Below, piece by piece: positions 7,704-16,986 of a stretch of 27,191 nucleotides of DNA; the stretch's first letter is position 1, and every line of letters begins with the position of its first letter. The stretch comes from a virus (taxonomy: Duplodnaviria; Caudoviricetes): IMG/VR virus record IMGVR_UViG_3300020215_000128, positions 1 through 27,191 of that record; one strand, given 5' to 3'. The notes under the pieces were generated by a model, which ran no database searches, was not told the DNA's origin, and saw only the letters and a program-made list of their open reading frames with translations. A program made the position numbers and the translations under genes.

Positions 7704-7741
7704 CAGCAAGCCACCATGTTTGAAGAGCAGGCGTCAGCCAT
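7703..7741 (-). other. 12-codon minigene MADACSSNMVAC (leader or gene remnant)
   Basis: GAAAGGT RBS 7 nt before ATG 7741. Its TGA overlaps the ATG of the 739-aa gene. Confidence 0.5.
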
Positions 7742-7785
7742 CGGTTGCACCTTTCGTCGTGCGAGTCTTGGAATTATCGGGAGCG

Positions 7786-8103
7786 TCAGAGCTCGGCCGC
7801 GGCTCGGAAGATGTTGTCGATCTGCTCGGGCGACATCGGAGGATCGAGCACCGCAGCCATGCTGTTCAGCATCATGTCGTCGCGGCGATACTCAATCGCA
7901 TTGTTCCAGGAGATCTGAGCGTCCCGCGGCACTGCAGGACTCGCAACGAAGGCTTCGATCCGGTCAAGGTCCCCCGAGGCGAGCAGTGCGAGTTTAAGCT
8001 GGCGCGGCGTGACGGAGTTAGGAACGGAAGGAGCCTGGTCGACGAGGACGAGGTCTTCGGCATCAACTTCGTGCCGCTCGCCGTCGATGATGATGGTGGC
8101 CAT
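7786..8103 (-). CDS. Tail-fibre-associated (assembly chaperone-like) protein
   Basis: VPNSVTPRQLKLAL..W..A.EYRRD..QIDNIFRAA pattern seen in small genes following phage fibres. Confidence 0.7.
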   Translation of the reverse strand: MATIIIDGERHEVDAEDLVLVDQAPSVPNSVTPRQLKLALLASGDLDRIEAFVASPAVPRDAQISWNNAIEYRRDDMMLNSMAAVLDPPMSPEQIDNIFRAAAEL

Positions 8104-8104
8104 C

Positions 8105-9358
8105 TTAGCTGCCCTTCCTTAAGCCGAAGATCCGGAACCGCGACCCAGCCGTGAAATCGATAGCGCTGCCTGCGAAGATGCGAAACGAGCTGAGCGCTCC
8201 AGCTGTTGAGCAATTAGCTGACCACAACCCAATTGAGTCGTGGGCCATGTCATGACGGCCTTTGAGGCGAGGACCGCTCATTCCCCCGCCCGTTCCCCGC
8301 GCATTCTCAATCATGATGATACCGGACACACTGGCGCCAGCAGCAAACAGCGGCCTCACTGACGCGAAAGAGCTCGCGGTGCCGGCGATCGCGGTCGGTG
8401 TAGCACCCGCGTTGGTGTACATGTGGCCGACATTATAGCTGTTGGTGGTGATGACCGTCCCACCGATGCCAAGCCTGAAAGCCAGTTCCTGCTGCGTGCC
8501 TCCGTTGGTCAGCGCATATTCGATCATGTAAGCTTCGAATTGCGTGTCGCTGAAGGGCACGGTGAAGTCGAAGGCGCTTGCGGTTGAGCCTGCGACAAAG
8601 TCCCAGCAAAGTGCCTCCCTGCTCTTTTCAACGAGCCATCCTGTTCCGGCAGCATTGCGCCGCAGCGTCACGTTCTCCCCGTAGATGATGAGGTTAGCTG
8701 CGGTTCCGTCGATGGTGTCCGAGCCGTTCCGCGTCAAAGTGACATAGCGGATCGTGCTCTGGTCGAAGGCGCGGTTGATGATCTTGATTGAGAATTCGGC
8801 ATTCACCGAGCTTGCAGCTGGAAGCGTGGCGGTGATTGGCGCCGCCATTGTCGTGACATCGTACATCTTGCCGGCATCGGCAGACGCAATTGTGAAGCTC
8901 GTTGCCTGGGCAACAACGGTATAGCCGGAAGCATTCAGCAGGGCTCTCTGCGCTGGTGCGTCAGCTGCCTCGATTAGAGCGAGGCCGGCAGCAGTGAGGC
9001 CGTCCAGGGTTTGGTTGTTGATCTTGATGCCGTCTGAAAAGGTCTTCAACCCTCCCACCGTCTCCGCACCCGTCTTGTGGACGAGATTGGCATCGTTGAC
9101 CGACGATGCTGCGGCTACTGCCTGGTCACGGGCGGCCTCAGCTGCGTCCTCAGCAGCCTGGGCGGCAGCCGCGTTCGATGCTGCAGCTGCGACCGCGATT
9201 GCGGTAAACTCCGAGACAAGCGCAGGGGCGAAGACATTCAATTGGTTAGAAAACGTGGTGACGGCATCCACCCAAGTGTCTGCATTCAGGACGAACTCTC
9301 CCGGCTCCTGTCCCCGCTGAGGCGGCGTCGGTAGCGGCGTCACGGTAGGTAGGGGCAT
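8105..9358 (-). CDS. Tail fibre / receptor-binding protein
   Basis: Pro-rich N-terminus, Ala-rich coiled coil, fibre motif LVHKTGAETVGGLKTFSDG, ITATLPAAS motif, beta-rich C-terminal head. Confidence 0.8.
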   Translation of the reverse strand: MPLPTVTPLPTPPQRGQEPGEFVLNADTWVDAVTTFSNQLNVFAPALVSEFTAIAVAAAASNAAAAQAAEDAAEAARDQAVAAASSVNDANLVHKTGAETVGGLKTFSDGIKINNQTLDGLTAAGLALIEAADAPAQRALLNASGYTVVAQATSFTIASADAGKMYDVTTMAAPITATLPAASSVNAEFSIKIINRAFDQSTIRYVTLTRNGSDTIDGTAANLIIYGENVTLRRNAAGTGWLVEKSREALCWDFVAGSTASAFDFTVPFSDTQFEAYMIEYALTNGGTQQELAFRLGIGGTVITTNSYNVGHMYTNAGATPTAIAGTASSFASVRPLFAAGASVSGIIMIENARGTGGGMSGPRLKGRHDMAHDSIGLWSANCSTAGALSSFRIFAGSAIDFTAGSRFRIFGLRKGS

Positions 9359-10401
9359 CAGGTAAGTCCCTCGATCTCGAGCAGGCAGATTGATTGGGTC
9401 GGATATTCAAAGGTCACGCTGAAGTTGCGGTAGAAGCCGAAGATCGTGGCGGCTGAATACTGACTGGCAGCGATCCAGACGGTTGGCGTGGCGCGCAGCT
9501 GCGAAAGGATGGACGTGACTGAGTCGACGGCCGAGTTTTCCACCACCACCCGCGCATCAAGCCGCTTTGCGAAAGCGCGCTCCACAAGCTGCGCGTTGCC
9601 GAAGTCGTCAGTCTCTTTGCGGCTGAAATCGATGATGCCGGCACCCATGCCAGCGAGCGTCATGCCCAGGTCCTTGGTCTGCCCGACAACCAAGACTCCG
9701 GTGCGAACTGTGCCGCCAGGACGGGAGATCGTTACCGTGATCGCCATGTTCGAGTAGTTCGGCATATCGGCGACCACGAGGTCTGGCTTGCGAACGATTT
9801 CCTCGAAAAAGTAGTCGTACCAGTCGGCGATCCCGGTGGAGGACGACATCGTGAAGCTCTGGTTGTAGACTTCCGTGGCGCCGATCGAAGCGACAACATC
9901 AACCGTCTCTGCTTCGATGTTGAGCAAAGCCAAGCCATTCACACGACCCGGAATAAGCAGCTGGACCTGGATCACCTCTTCGGCAGTCGTCTGGCTGCTG
10001 TTGCTCTGGTCGAACATGCGCCAACGGTTCGTCGGGCCAAGATCCAGCCACCACGTGGGGTCCGTCAGTGCATGATTGAGATTGCTCGCCTGTACACTCT
10101 CGTATGCCCGATGGGCCACGGGATCGATTACAATGGCACCCTGAGCGTAAGTGGTGACCGTTGAATAAGTGGAATAGGTTGTGCCGACTTCCGCCCACCA
10201 TGTTGGAGAAGAAGCTGGCGTGTGCCCGGTGTTCGAAGCCTGGAGGCTTTCGTAGACTGTCGCCACAGTGCCGCTGAAGACCGACACCCGAGCGCCCAAG
10301 GCGTAGGTCGTTCCCCCTGCGTAGGCAGCAGGAGCCGTCTCCGGGACGGTGCTGGCGGTCAGGGCGGCGTCGTTGATTGTCGCCGGCCGAATAATCCTCA
10401 T
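9358..10401 (-). CDS. Tail-tip (distal tail-like) protein with two small carbohydrate-binding-like modules
   Basis: Directly follows the tape measure. Duplicated Y..TTYA.G..V..YES.QASN..H....PTWW..G module. Dit-like C-terminal half. Confidence 0.7.
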   Translation of the reverse strand: MRIIRPATINDAALTASTVPETAPAAYAGGTTYALGARVSVFSGTVATVYESLQASNTGHTPASSPTWWAEVGTTYSTYSTVTTYAQGAIVIDPVAHRAYESVQASNLNHALTDPTWWLDLGPTNRWRMFDQSNSSQTTAEEVIQVQLLIPGRVNGLALLNIEAETVDVVASIGATEVYNQSFTMSSSTGIADWYDYFFEEIVRKPDLVVADMPNYSNMAITVTISRPGGTVRTGVLVVGQTKDLGMTLAGMGAGIIDFSRKETDDFGNAQLVERAFAKRLDARVVVENSAVDSVTSILSQLRATPTVWIAASQYSAATIFGFYRNFSVTFEYPTQSICLLEIEGLT

Positions 10402-13400
10402 TACGGCCAGACTTCGCGAGTGGCGATCACGTCACCGTCGAGGGTTCTGACGGGCAACGCATCGCCCTCAATCCGATCAATCCAGCGAACCACCTTGCCC
10501 AGCATCTCGGCGATTGAGGCGGCGTGAACTCGAGCGTCCGAACCGATATTCGAAAGCTGACTGACGACAGCCGTGTTATCCACCTGCACCGATTGGCTAT
10601 TGGCCATGAAAGCCGTCGAAGGAACCTGCGTGACCTGCGGTTGGACGATCCCACTGGAAGCCATTTCAGCCTCAAGCGCATCGATCGCATCGCGGACGGA
10701 AAGTACGCTCTGGTTAATTTCGATTAGGCCGGCGACTGACTGGTCCAGCGCGTCCAGCTGCGCCTGAGCATAGTCTACCGCCTCATCCGTGGAGCCGATA
10801 GCCTGGTCCACCGAGCGCATGACCCGAGCAACATCGCGCTGATAATCCTGAAGCGACCCCGCCTGGTTCTTGCTGGCAGTGAGAAAGTCCTGTGCAACGT
10901 TCTCCAGTTCGCCCAGAGCCTTCTCGTTGCCCATGCGAGCAAGTGAGCTTGTGTCGACGAAGCGGGCCTGTGCCTGGCGATAGATGTCGGCTGCACCGTC
11001 CGCCGTTGCCCCGAGCGTGCCGCGGAACTTGCGGAGGCTGTCCCCGAAGCCGCTGAACTTGTCGATGGTATCCTGAAGCGCCCCACTCTCGCGCTTGTAA
11101 GCGTCCGTCAGAACGTCTCTGGCCTTACCGACACGTTCGGCAGCCTCAGCAATGTCCTCCAAATGCCAGATGGACTGCTGGAGCGGTCTCAGACTTGCAT
11201 CCAGGGCAGCGAGCTCTTCCTGCCGACGCAAGGCCGTCGCCGCTGCTGCGTTGCCGCTTAGTTCGAGAAGGCGAACCTCCATTGACACACGGGCGCGGCG
11301 AAGATCCTCCGCGGCCCGTGCCCCGTCGTCGACTGAAGATGCGTAGTCCTGCTGAGCCTTAGCGGCATCCTGCGCTGCCCAGACATTCTGCTGCAGAGCA
11401 TGAAGGCTTGCATCCAATGCACTGAGCTCGGCAGCCCGCTCACGGGCAACCGCTTCGACTTCCTGTCCGGTTGCCCGCAGAAGCTCGATTTCCAAGATTG
11501 CTCGACGACGTGCAATCTCTTCCGCCCTTGCCGCCGCGTCAGCCTGAGCCTGTGCGAGAGCCGCATTGGCGACTGCTGCGTCCTGAGCGGCCCAGACTTG
11601 CTGTTGCAAGGCGTGGAGGCTGGCATCCATCGCCTCCAGTTCCATGCGACGGCGTGCGGTAAGGGCTTCAGTGGTGAGACCCTGAGCCTCCATCAGCTCA
11701 ATCTCTAGCGTGCGCCTTTGCTGAGCGAGGGCCAGGACAGCCGCAGCTGCTTCCTCCGCAACCTGCGCCGCTTGTGCCTCAGCCGCGGCGAGTGCTTCCT
11801 GTGCCGCCTTGTTGTCGAGAGCCGCCCAAATCTGTTGCTGAATAGGACGAAGGGAGGCGTCCAATGCGGCAAGCTCATCCTGGCGACGGGCAGCGAGGGC
11901 AGCCGTGCTGTTGCCCAGCGCTTCCATGAGCTGAATGTCGAGATCCCGACGTTGCCGGCTTAAGGCTTCCTGAGCCGCTGCCAGTTCCCGCTGTGCCTGT
12001 GCCGCATCCTGAGCCGCCCAGACTTGCGCCTGAAGGGCTCTCAGGGTCTCATCGAGCGCAGCAAGCTCATCAGCCCGCTTAGCATTCAAAGCGCCCTGTG
12101 CGTCGCCCTGTGCCTCCATCAGCTGGATTTCCAGCGAGCGGCGCTGCTTCTCGATTTGCGCCAGTTGCTCGGCAGTCTTGGCGGTGTTGCCCATTTCGCC
12201 GTTGAGCTTGGCCGTATATTCCACCGTCTTGGCGAAAGCTGGCGCCACGCTCATCAACGATGCGTACATGGACTGACCGGCTTCGGTGGACAGGTTGAGC
12301 CCGAGGACAAGGTTCTTGAACTCGTTTTTGGTATCCACACCCGACTGACCGAGCCGCGCCATCTCGGCACCGACGGCGGCGATAATCGGCGCCATCTGCT
12401 CGGCTTCGGAGAGGAAGTTTTCGCGGAAGAAGCTTGTCTGCTCTTGGAATGCGTCCAACCCACCAAACAAGTCGATGAGAGCCGCACGCGCACCGACCGA
12501 AGCCGTACCCACTGCGCCGAAGCTCATGCCGATGCTCTTCAGCGAAGAATCGATGGTCATGTACTCACGGGCCAAGCGGGCGAGCGTTTCGAACTGCCCT
12601 TCCCCGACCTTCTGGAACTCGGCCAGGCCAGCGACAGCAGCCGCTGCCATGTCGTCGCCGAGCTTGGAGAAGACCGCCGCAAGCTCCTTCTCGATCTCCT
12701 CGCCAGTCAGGTCCTTGAAGGAGATCTTGCCGATGTTGACGTTAAAGGCGTCCAGCATGGCTCCGGCGCCTTCGACACCAATGATGCCGGCTGCTTCGAC
12801 GATCGAAGTCCGCATGCTCCCCACGAGCAACGCAACTTGGCCGGTCAGGTCAGCGTCGGCCGCGCTCGTGCTCGTCTCGATACTCGTCTTGGTGGACTTA
12901 CCTAGACCGAGGAAGCCGCTCTTCTTCGAGGTCTTCAGAACCTGCTGGTAGAGGTCGGCAGTGATCCCATTGGCGATGATGGTGCCCACGGTGCCGGGAT
13001 CGAACTCAATGCCCTGGTCGTGGAGCTCGCGGGTGATCGTCTTCTTACCGAAGAGCGCGCCGATGAGAGCGCCGACAACCGGGACGCCACCAAGGAGCCC
13101 ACCCTTCGTAACCGTGCCGAGGTTCAGACTGGAAGCGTCCAACCCACCGCCGACGCCAAGCTGACGGGCAATGAGAGACGCGAGGTTGCCGATGCTGCTC
13201 TCTATGGCACGCAGCGAGCGAACCATCTGGTTGGAATATTCCAGGTCGCGGTTCGTGTTCTTGAGCATCAGGGCAAGCGAGTTCTCGATGCTGTTTGACT
13301 TGGCCTTGGTGTCGCCGAGGACAGAGCCGGTGCCCTGCCGCTCCTGAAGCTCTTCCGCCGTGGGAATGGACGGGCCTTTGCTGCCACCGCCCAAGCCCTT

Positions 13401-15764
13401 GAGGCCCATGCTCGCGAGCAGAGCAACCATTGCGGCAACAACCGGGAAGGCGAACGGCCCGAGGAAGGAGAACATTTTGGCCGCGCCGGCAGCTGCGTCT
13501 GCGCTTCCGCGGACACCTGCGTTCGCCACGCTCTTGGCCGTCATGCCCAGGTCGACCGCAATTGCCTTTATCATGTTGGCGATGCGAATGGCCGCGAGAA
13601 CCTTCTCGAGCGCGACCATCGCTTTGTAGCCGGTGCTGTTCTCCTTGAAGAGCCCCTTCGCCGCGCCAATCGCGTCGCCGTAGAAGCGCTCCTCAGCGAT
13701 CGTCCTTTCACGGGCAGACCAGATTGCTATGCGGGCGAGTTCTTCCTGATTGCTGCCAGCGGCCCTGGTCCGACGCTCCTCTTCGAGCGCAATCTGCTCC
13801 TGCTTGACCCCGTATTCGCTGAAGGTGACGAGGAGATCCCCAAGGGCAGCACCTGCACGACCGAACGCAGACTCCAGAACGTCCGCCATGATGTTGGCGC
13901 GCTCGTCGATCTGCTCCATCAGCCCTAGTTGAGCTTCGAGTGAGGCGTTGAATGCGTCTGCGGCCTCGCGGTTGTCCTCCTGGGCATTGGCGAGGTCGAT
14001 TTCCGACTTGATGAATGCAGCCCGCTCGTTCGGGTCTAGCCCAGGTCGCGACTTGAGCTTCTGCTCGGCAGCAAGTTGGGCGAGCCTGACTGCCCGTTCC
14101 CGGTTGCCAACGCCGAGAAGCTGCGTTTCTAGCTTGAGCTGATCAATCTGCTGCTTGTTCTTCTCGATATCAGATTGGGTCGCCAGCTGATTGGCAGAGC
14201 CGCGGTCGGCAACCCTTGCCTGCTTCATCAGGCCAATAATGCGCTCCAGCTCGACGGCTAGATCAGTGTACCCCCTGGCTTGGGCAGCAGCGAGCGCGGT
14301 GGCGATTGGCCTAAGCGCCATCTCGTCCTGAATGGCAGCGTTCGCCTCTTCGACTGTCATGGTGCCAGCAGCCACAGCGGTGTTCGCGAGTTCACGCGCC
14401 CGCGTGCTAGCCTGAAGGTCCGCTATCTGTTTGGCCGCGTCTTCGCCACGCTGGACGATATTCTTCCGGAGTTCCTGCGCGGCAGCCGCCTCTATGTCGG
14501 CGCCCCGCTTCATGGAGTTCGCGACTGAGTTTGCACGAGCCTCGGCAATCATTCCGGCCGCATCGCTCTCCAAGTAAGCGGCTGCCACTCGGCTTATTCC
14601 GCCAATCGTTGCTTCCGCAGCGGAGGACTCCAGAGCCAAGCGAGCCTCTATGCGTGCCGCAGCCTTGGCCTCCTGAGCCGCCCTGCGTTCTGCCGCCTTG
14701 GCTTCAGCGCGAGCTTTGGCCTCAGCCTTCTTGTCGGCAGCACGAGCAGCAGCTTCGGCGCGGCTTTGCGCCTTCTCGGCCTCTTTAACGGCTTCAACTT
14801 CGCGATCGCGGATGCCGGTGAGCTTCTGAAGCTCCCGCTGATAGCTGACGGCGTTCAACCGCCCTTCGCTGAAGCGGTTGGTAAGACCGGCCTCAGCTTT
14901 GTCGTAACGCAAGGTCGCCGCAGCAGCCTCGTCTGTTGCCGCAGTAACCTCACGCCTGATGAGCGGGATCTGGCGTTGGCGGATTGTCTTATCGGCCTCG
15001 CCAATCGCAGTATTCAGACGCTTGATGGCCATTTCGTGGAGACCGGTGCGAAGTGCTAGGGCGCCGCCAGCACCCGTCGCTCCCGGATCGCCGGGGCTTT
15101 GTGCAGCGTGCGCCTGCTGAGCGGATTGTGCTGCCTCCAGGTTTGCCTTCGCAAGATTAAGCTTTCGCACCGTCTCAACACGTGCCGCTTCGGCGCTAGC
15201 GAGGTGCGCCCTTTCCATAGCGTAACTGCTCTGGATAGCCTTCTCTGAGGCCTTCAGGTTTTCGTGAATCGCCGCAGTCAGTTCCGACGTGGTCATCTTC
15301 TGATACTGAAGCGCCGTCGTCAGACCATCGGACGCGCTCTTGGCGTCCTTCTTCCTCGTGATCAGCATCCCAAGCACGGTGACTGCGCCCATCACAGTGG
15401 CGCCCCAAGGTCCGGATAGGAAACCGATGAACCCTTTAGCACCGCCCTGCATCAAAGACAGTGACTGGACCACCTGGCTGCCCTGCTGAGCAAAGATGAG
15501 CATGGCCGGCGTACCGGAGGCGAATTGGGTGGCCACGTCGCCGATCTGATAGGAGAGTTGCTGCATTCCTGCGCGCTGCTGCCCAGCACTGGCAGTCACG
15601 GCGGTTTGACCCCGCACGAAGCGGGAGCTTGCAGATGCGGCCCTTTCCAGATCGGTGGTGACAGATCCCATCGCGCCACCGACCGACTTTTTGACCTGAG
15701 CCATCTCACTTTGTAAGCGAGAAATATTCGTCAAAATTTCGATCTCGAGGCTGCCAGCTTTCAC
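10401..15764 (-). CDS. Tail length tape measure protein, 1787 aa
   Basis: Very long Ala-rich helical ORF. N-terminal MQQLSYQIGDVATQFASGT..IFAQQGSQ tape-measure motif. AAGGAGG RBS before GTG. Follows the tail chaperones. Confidence 0.93.
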   Translation of the reverse strand: MKAGSLEIEILTNISRLQSEMAQVKKSVGGAMGSVTTDLERAASASSRFVRGQTAVTASAGQQRAGMQQLSYQIGDVATQFASGTPAMLIFAQQGSQVVQSLSLMQGGAKGFIGFLSGPWGATVMGAVTVLGMLITRKKDAKSASDGLTTALQYQKMTTSELTAAIHENLKASEKAIQSSYAMERAHLASAEAARVETVRKLNLAKANLEAAQSAQQAHAAQSPGDPGATGAGGALALRTGLHEMAIKRLNTAIGEADKTIRQRQIPLIRREVTAATDEAAAATLRYDKAEAGLTNRFSEGRLNAVSYQRELQKLTGIRDREVEAVKEAEKAQSRAEAAARAADKKAEAKARAEAKAAERRAAQEAKAAARIEARLALESSAAEATIGGISRVAAAYLESDAAGMIAEARANSVANSMKRGADIEAAAAQELRKNIVQRGEDAAKQIADLQASTRARELANTAVAAGTMTVEEANAAIQDEMALRPIATALAAAQARGYTDLAVELERIIGLMKQARVADRGSANQLATQSDIEKNKQQIDQLKLETQLLGVGNRERAVRLAQLAAEQKLKSRPGLDPNERAAFIKSEIDLANAQEDNREAADAFNASLEAQLGLMEQIDERANIMADVLESAFGRAGAALGDLLVTFSEYGVKQEQIALEEERRTRAAGSNQEELARIAIWSARERTIAEERFYGDAIGAAKGLFKENSTGYKAMVALEKVLAAIRIANMIKAIAVDLGMTAKSVANAGVRGSADAAAGAAKMFSFLGPFAFPVVAAMVALLASMGLKGLGGGSKGPSIPTAEELQERQGTGSVLGDTKAKSNSIENSLALMLKNTNRDLEYSNQMVRSLRAIESSIGNLASLIARQLGVGGGLDASSLNLGTVTKGGLLGGVPVVGALIGALFGKKTITRELHDQGIEFDPGTVGTIIANGITADLYQQVLKTSKKSGFLGLGKSTKTSIETSTSAADADLTGQVALLVGSMRTSIVEAAGIIGVEGAGAMLDAFNVNIGKISFKDLTGEEIEKELAAVFSKLGDDMAAAAVAGLAEFQKVGEGQFETLARLAREYMTIDSSLKSIGMSFGAVGTASVGARAALIDLFGGLDAFQEQTSFFRENFLSEAEQMAPIIAAVGAEMARLGQSGVDTKNEFKNLVLGLNLSTEAGQSMYASLMSVAPAFAKTVEYTAKLNGEMGNTAKTAEQLAQIEKQRRSLEIQLMEAQGDAQGALNAKRADELAALDETLRALQAQVWAAQDAAQAQRELAAAQEALSRQRRDLDIQLMEALGNSTAALAARRQDELAALDASLRPIQQQIWAALDNKAAQEALAAAEAQAAQVAEEAAAAVLALAQQRRTLEIELMEAQGLTTEALTARRRMELEAMDASLHALQQQVWAAQDAAVANAALAQAQADAAARAEEIARRRAILEIELLRATGQEVEAVARERAAELSALDASLHALQQNVWAAQDAAKAQQDYASSVDDGARAAEDLRRARVSMEVRLLELSGNAAAATALRRQEELAALDASLRPLQQSIWHLEDIAEAAERVGKARDVLTDAYKRESGALQDTIDKFSGFGDSLRKFRGTLGATADGAADIYRQAQARFVDTSSLARMGNEKALGELENVAQDFLTASKNQAGSLQDYQRDVARVMRSVDQAIGSTDEAVDYAQAQLDALDQSVAGLIEINQSVLSVRDAIDALEAEMASSGIVQPQVTQVPSTAFMANSQSVQVDNTAVVSQLSNIGSDARVHAASIAEMLGKVVRWIDRIEGDALPVRTLDGDVIATREVWP

Positions 15765-15787
15765 AAGAGCCTCCTTCCTCGGGGCGC

Positions 15788-15811
15788 AAAAAAGGCGCCG
15801 GGAAGGCGCCT
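15788..15811 (-). terminator. Intrinsic terminator after the lipoprotein moron
   Basis: Minus strand AGGCGCC-TTCCC-GGCGCCT-TTTTT. Confidence 0.75.
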
Positions 15812-15838
15812 GATAGATCCAACACTTTGGCTAAGCGG

Positions 15839-16066
15839 CTAGGGGCAGCCTTCGGCCTTCTCGAGCTTCTTTCGGTCAACCCAGCGGATATCGACCTCGC
15901 CTGAGTCTACTTTGGAGCGACGAGATAGAAGCTCGACATTTCGGATAGCCGCTTCTGCTTGGTCGCCCTTCACTTTGTCGACTATGATCAAGCCATTGTC
16001 GTCGCACTCGTAAGACCCGCAGCCTGCGAGCAGGGCAAGGGCGAGAGCTGTTAACACCATCCGCAT
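15839..16066 (-). CDS. Small lipoprotein (moron; superinfection-exclusion candidate)
   Basis: MRMVLTALALALLAG-C lipobox. Inserted between chaperone and tape measure with its own promoter and terminator. Confidence 0.75.
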   Translation of the reverse strand: MRMVLTALALALLAGCGSYECDDNGLIIVDKVKGDQAEAAIRNVELLSRRSKVDSGEVDIRWVDRKKLEKAEGCP

Positions 16067-16072
16067 CGGCAC

Positions 16073-16101
16073 ATAATGCGACAGCGTCAGCCTCGCCTCA
16101 A
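16073..16101 (-). promoter_or_regulatory. Sigma70-like promoter for a leaderless transcript
   Basis: TTGAGG-N17-CATTAT-N6-ATG, with no SD upstream of the ATG. Confidence 0.55.
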
Positions 16102-16572
16102 CCCCTCTGTCTTAGGCCCCAGCGCAAACCCGCTGAAGGCGGCACGGATTTTATGTTCAACGGCTTCACGGTTGCTGTCCACAATGTGTGTCCATGGCGC
16201 TGGGCAATCTGGCTTTTTCGCGCGATCCTTCTCAGCAAGCCAGTCACCTGACAGGCTTCGAAGCAGTTTTGCTTCCCAGGGCTGAAGCCGGATGCCTGTG
16301 CATTCCTGCCATGCCTGGAGGGTGCGCCATCCGATCGGCGCACCTTCTGGGTCCGCAGGACCAAGATCCATGAGCCATTCGATGTAGGAAGTTGCAGGAA
16401 GGATCGGCATGGGAGGGACAATGCCGTCCTCCTGCATCTTCTCGAGCCTAGTGACGGGTTCTGCCACCTGCTCTGAGTTAAGCGATTGCTTTTTTTCGTC
16501 CCGCGGCGCAGTGTTGAGCCACGCCAACTGACGGACCCCCAGGCTCAGCTCGTCGCCGAGCCTTTCGTGAAA
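16087..16572 (-). CDS. Tail assembly chaperone T part (reached by -1 frameshift)
   Basis: Open -1 frame from the slippery site: FHERLGDELSLGVRQLAWLNTAPR..IGWRTLQAWQECTGIRLQPWEAKLLRSLS. Only a TTG start without clear RBS. Confidence 0.78.
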   Translation of the reverse strand, partial: FHERLGDELSLGVRQLAWLNTAPRDEKKQSLNSEQVAEPVTRLEKMQEDGIVPPMPILPATSYIEWLMDLGPADPEGAPIGWRTLQAWQECTGIRLQPWEAKLLRSLSGDWLAEKDRAKKPDCPAPWTHIVDSNREAVEHKIRAAFSGFALGPKTEGLRRG

Positions 16573-16973
16573 TTTTCCCAGTCGCCGATATGCTCTTGCA
16601 CTTGGTCAGCGATGAAGCCCAGCTGACGGTTGCTATAGACGGCCTTGAACATCTCCACGCCGGTCTTGCCGGGGTATTCGAGGTTGTTGAAGCCCTTGGT
16701 GATGGCCGCCAGATACTCGGCGCCCTCAGTGGCCATGTCGTCGGCAGAAAGTTCCATGTTGCCCTTTTTGCGGAGCCGCTGGATGTTGCGGCTCGAACGC
16801 TTGGCATTCGCCTGGGCATGCTCCTTCGAGCCGGGGCCGTAAAGCTCAACCTCCACAGGCTTGCTGGGGTCGTCCCTGCCCTCAGCATCCTTCTCAAAGA
16901 GAAGATTGCCGGCCGCATCCTTCAGGTGCAGCGTAGAGGTTTCAGAGACAGCGTACTTCGTAATATCAACCAT
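16545..16973 (-). CDS. Tail assembly chaperone G
   Basis: Lies between tail tube and tape measure. Ends FIADQV..IGDWENF at the slippery site. AAGGA RBS. Confidence 0.82.
   Translation of the reverse strand: MVDITKYAVSETSTLHLKDAAGNLLFEKDAEGRDDPSKPVEVELYGPGSKEHAQANAKRSSRNIQRLRKKGNMELSADDMATEGAEYLAAITKGFNNLEYPGKTGVEMFKAVYSNRQLGFIADQVQEHIGDWENFTKGSATS
16569..16575 (-). promoter_or_regulatory. -1 ribosomal frameshift heptamer A AAT TTC
   Basis: X XXY YYZ in the G frame near its 3' end. The -1 frame continues into the downstream ORF. Confidence 0.82.
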
Positions 16974-16986
16974 GAGGGTTTATCCT

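Noticed and set aside
4512-9358. Diversity-generating retroelement or invertible fibre cassette
   Set aside because: No reverse transcriptase, invertase, TR/VR pair or crossover repeats seen in the window.
12024-12905. 293-aa plus-strand ORF and the many other plus-strand ORFs over structural genes
   Set aside because: Antisense shadows expected in GC-rich coding DNA, with no motifs or RBS.
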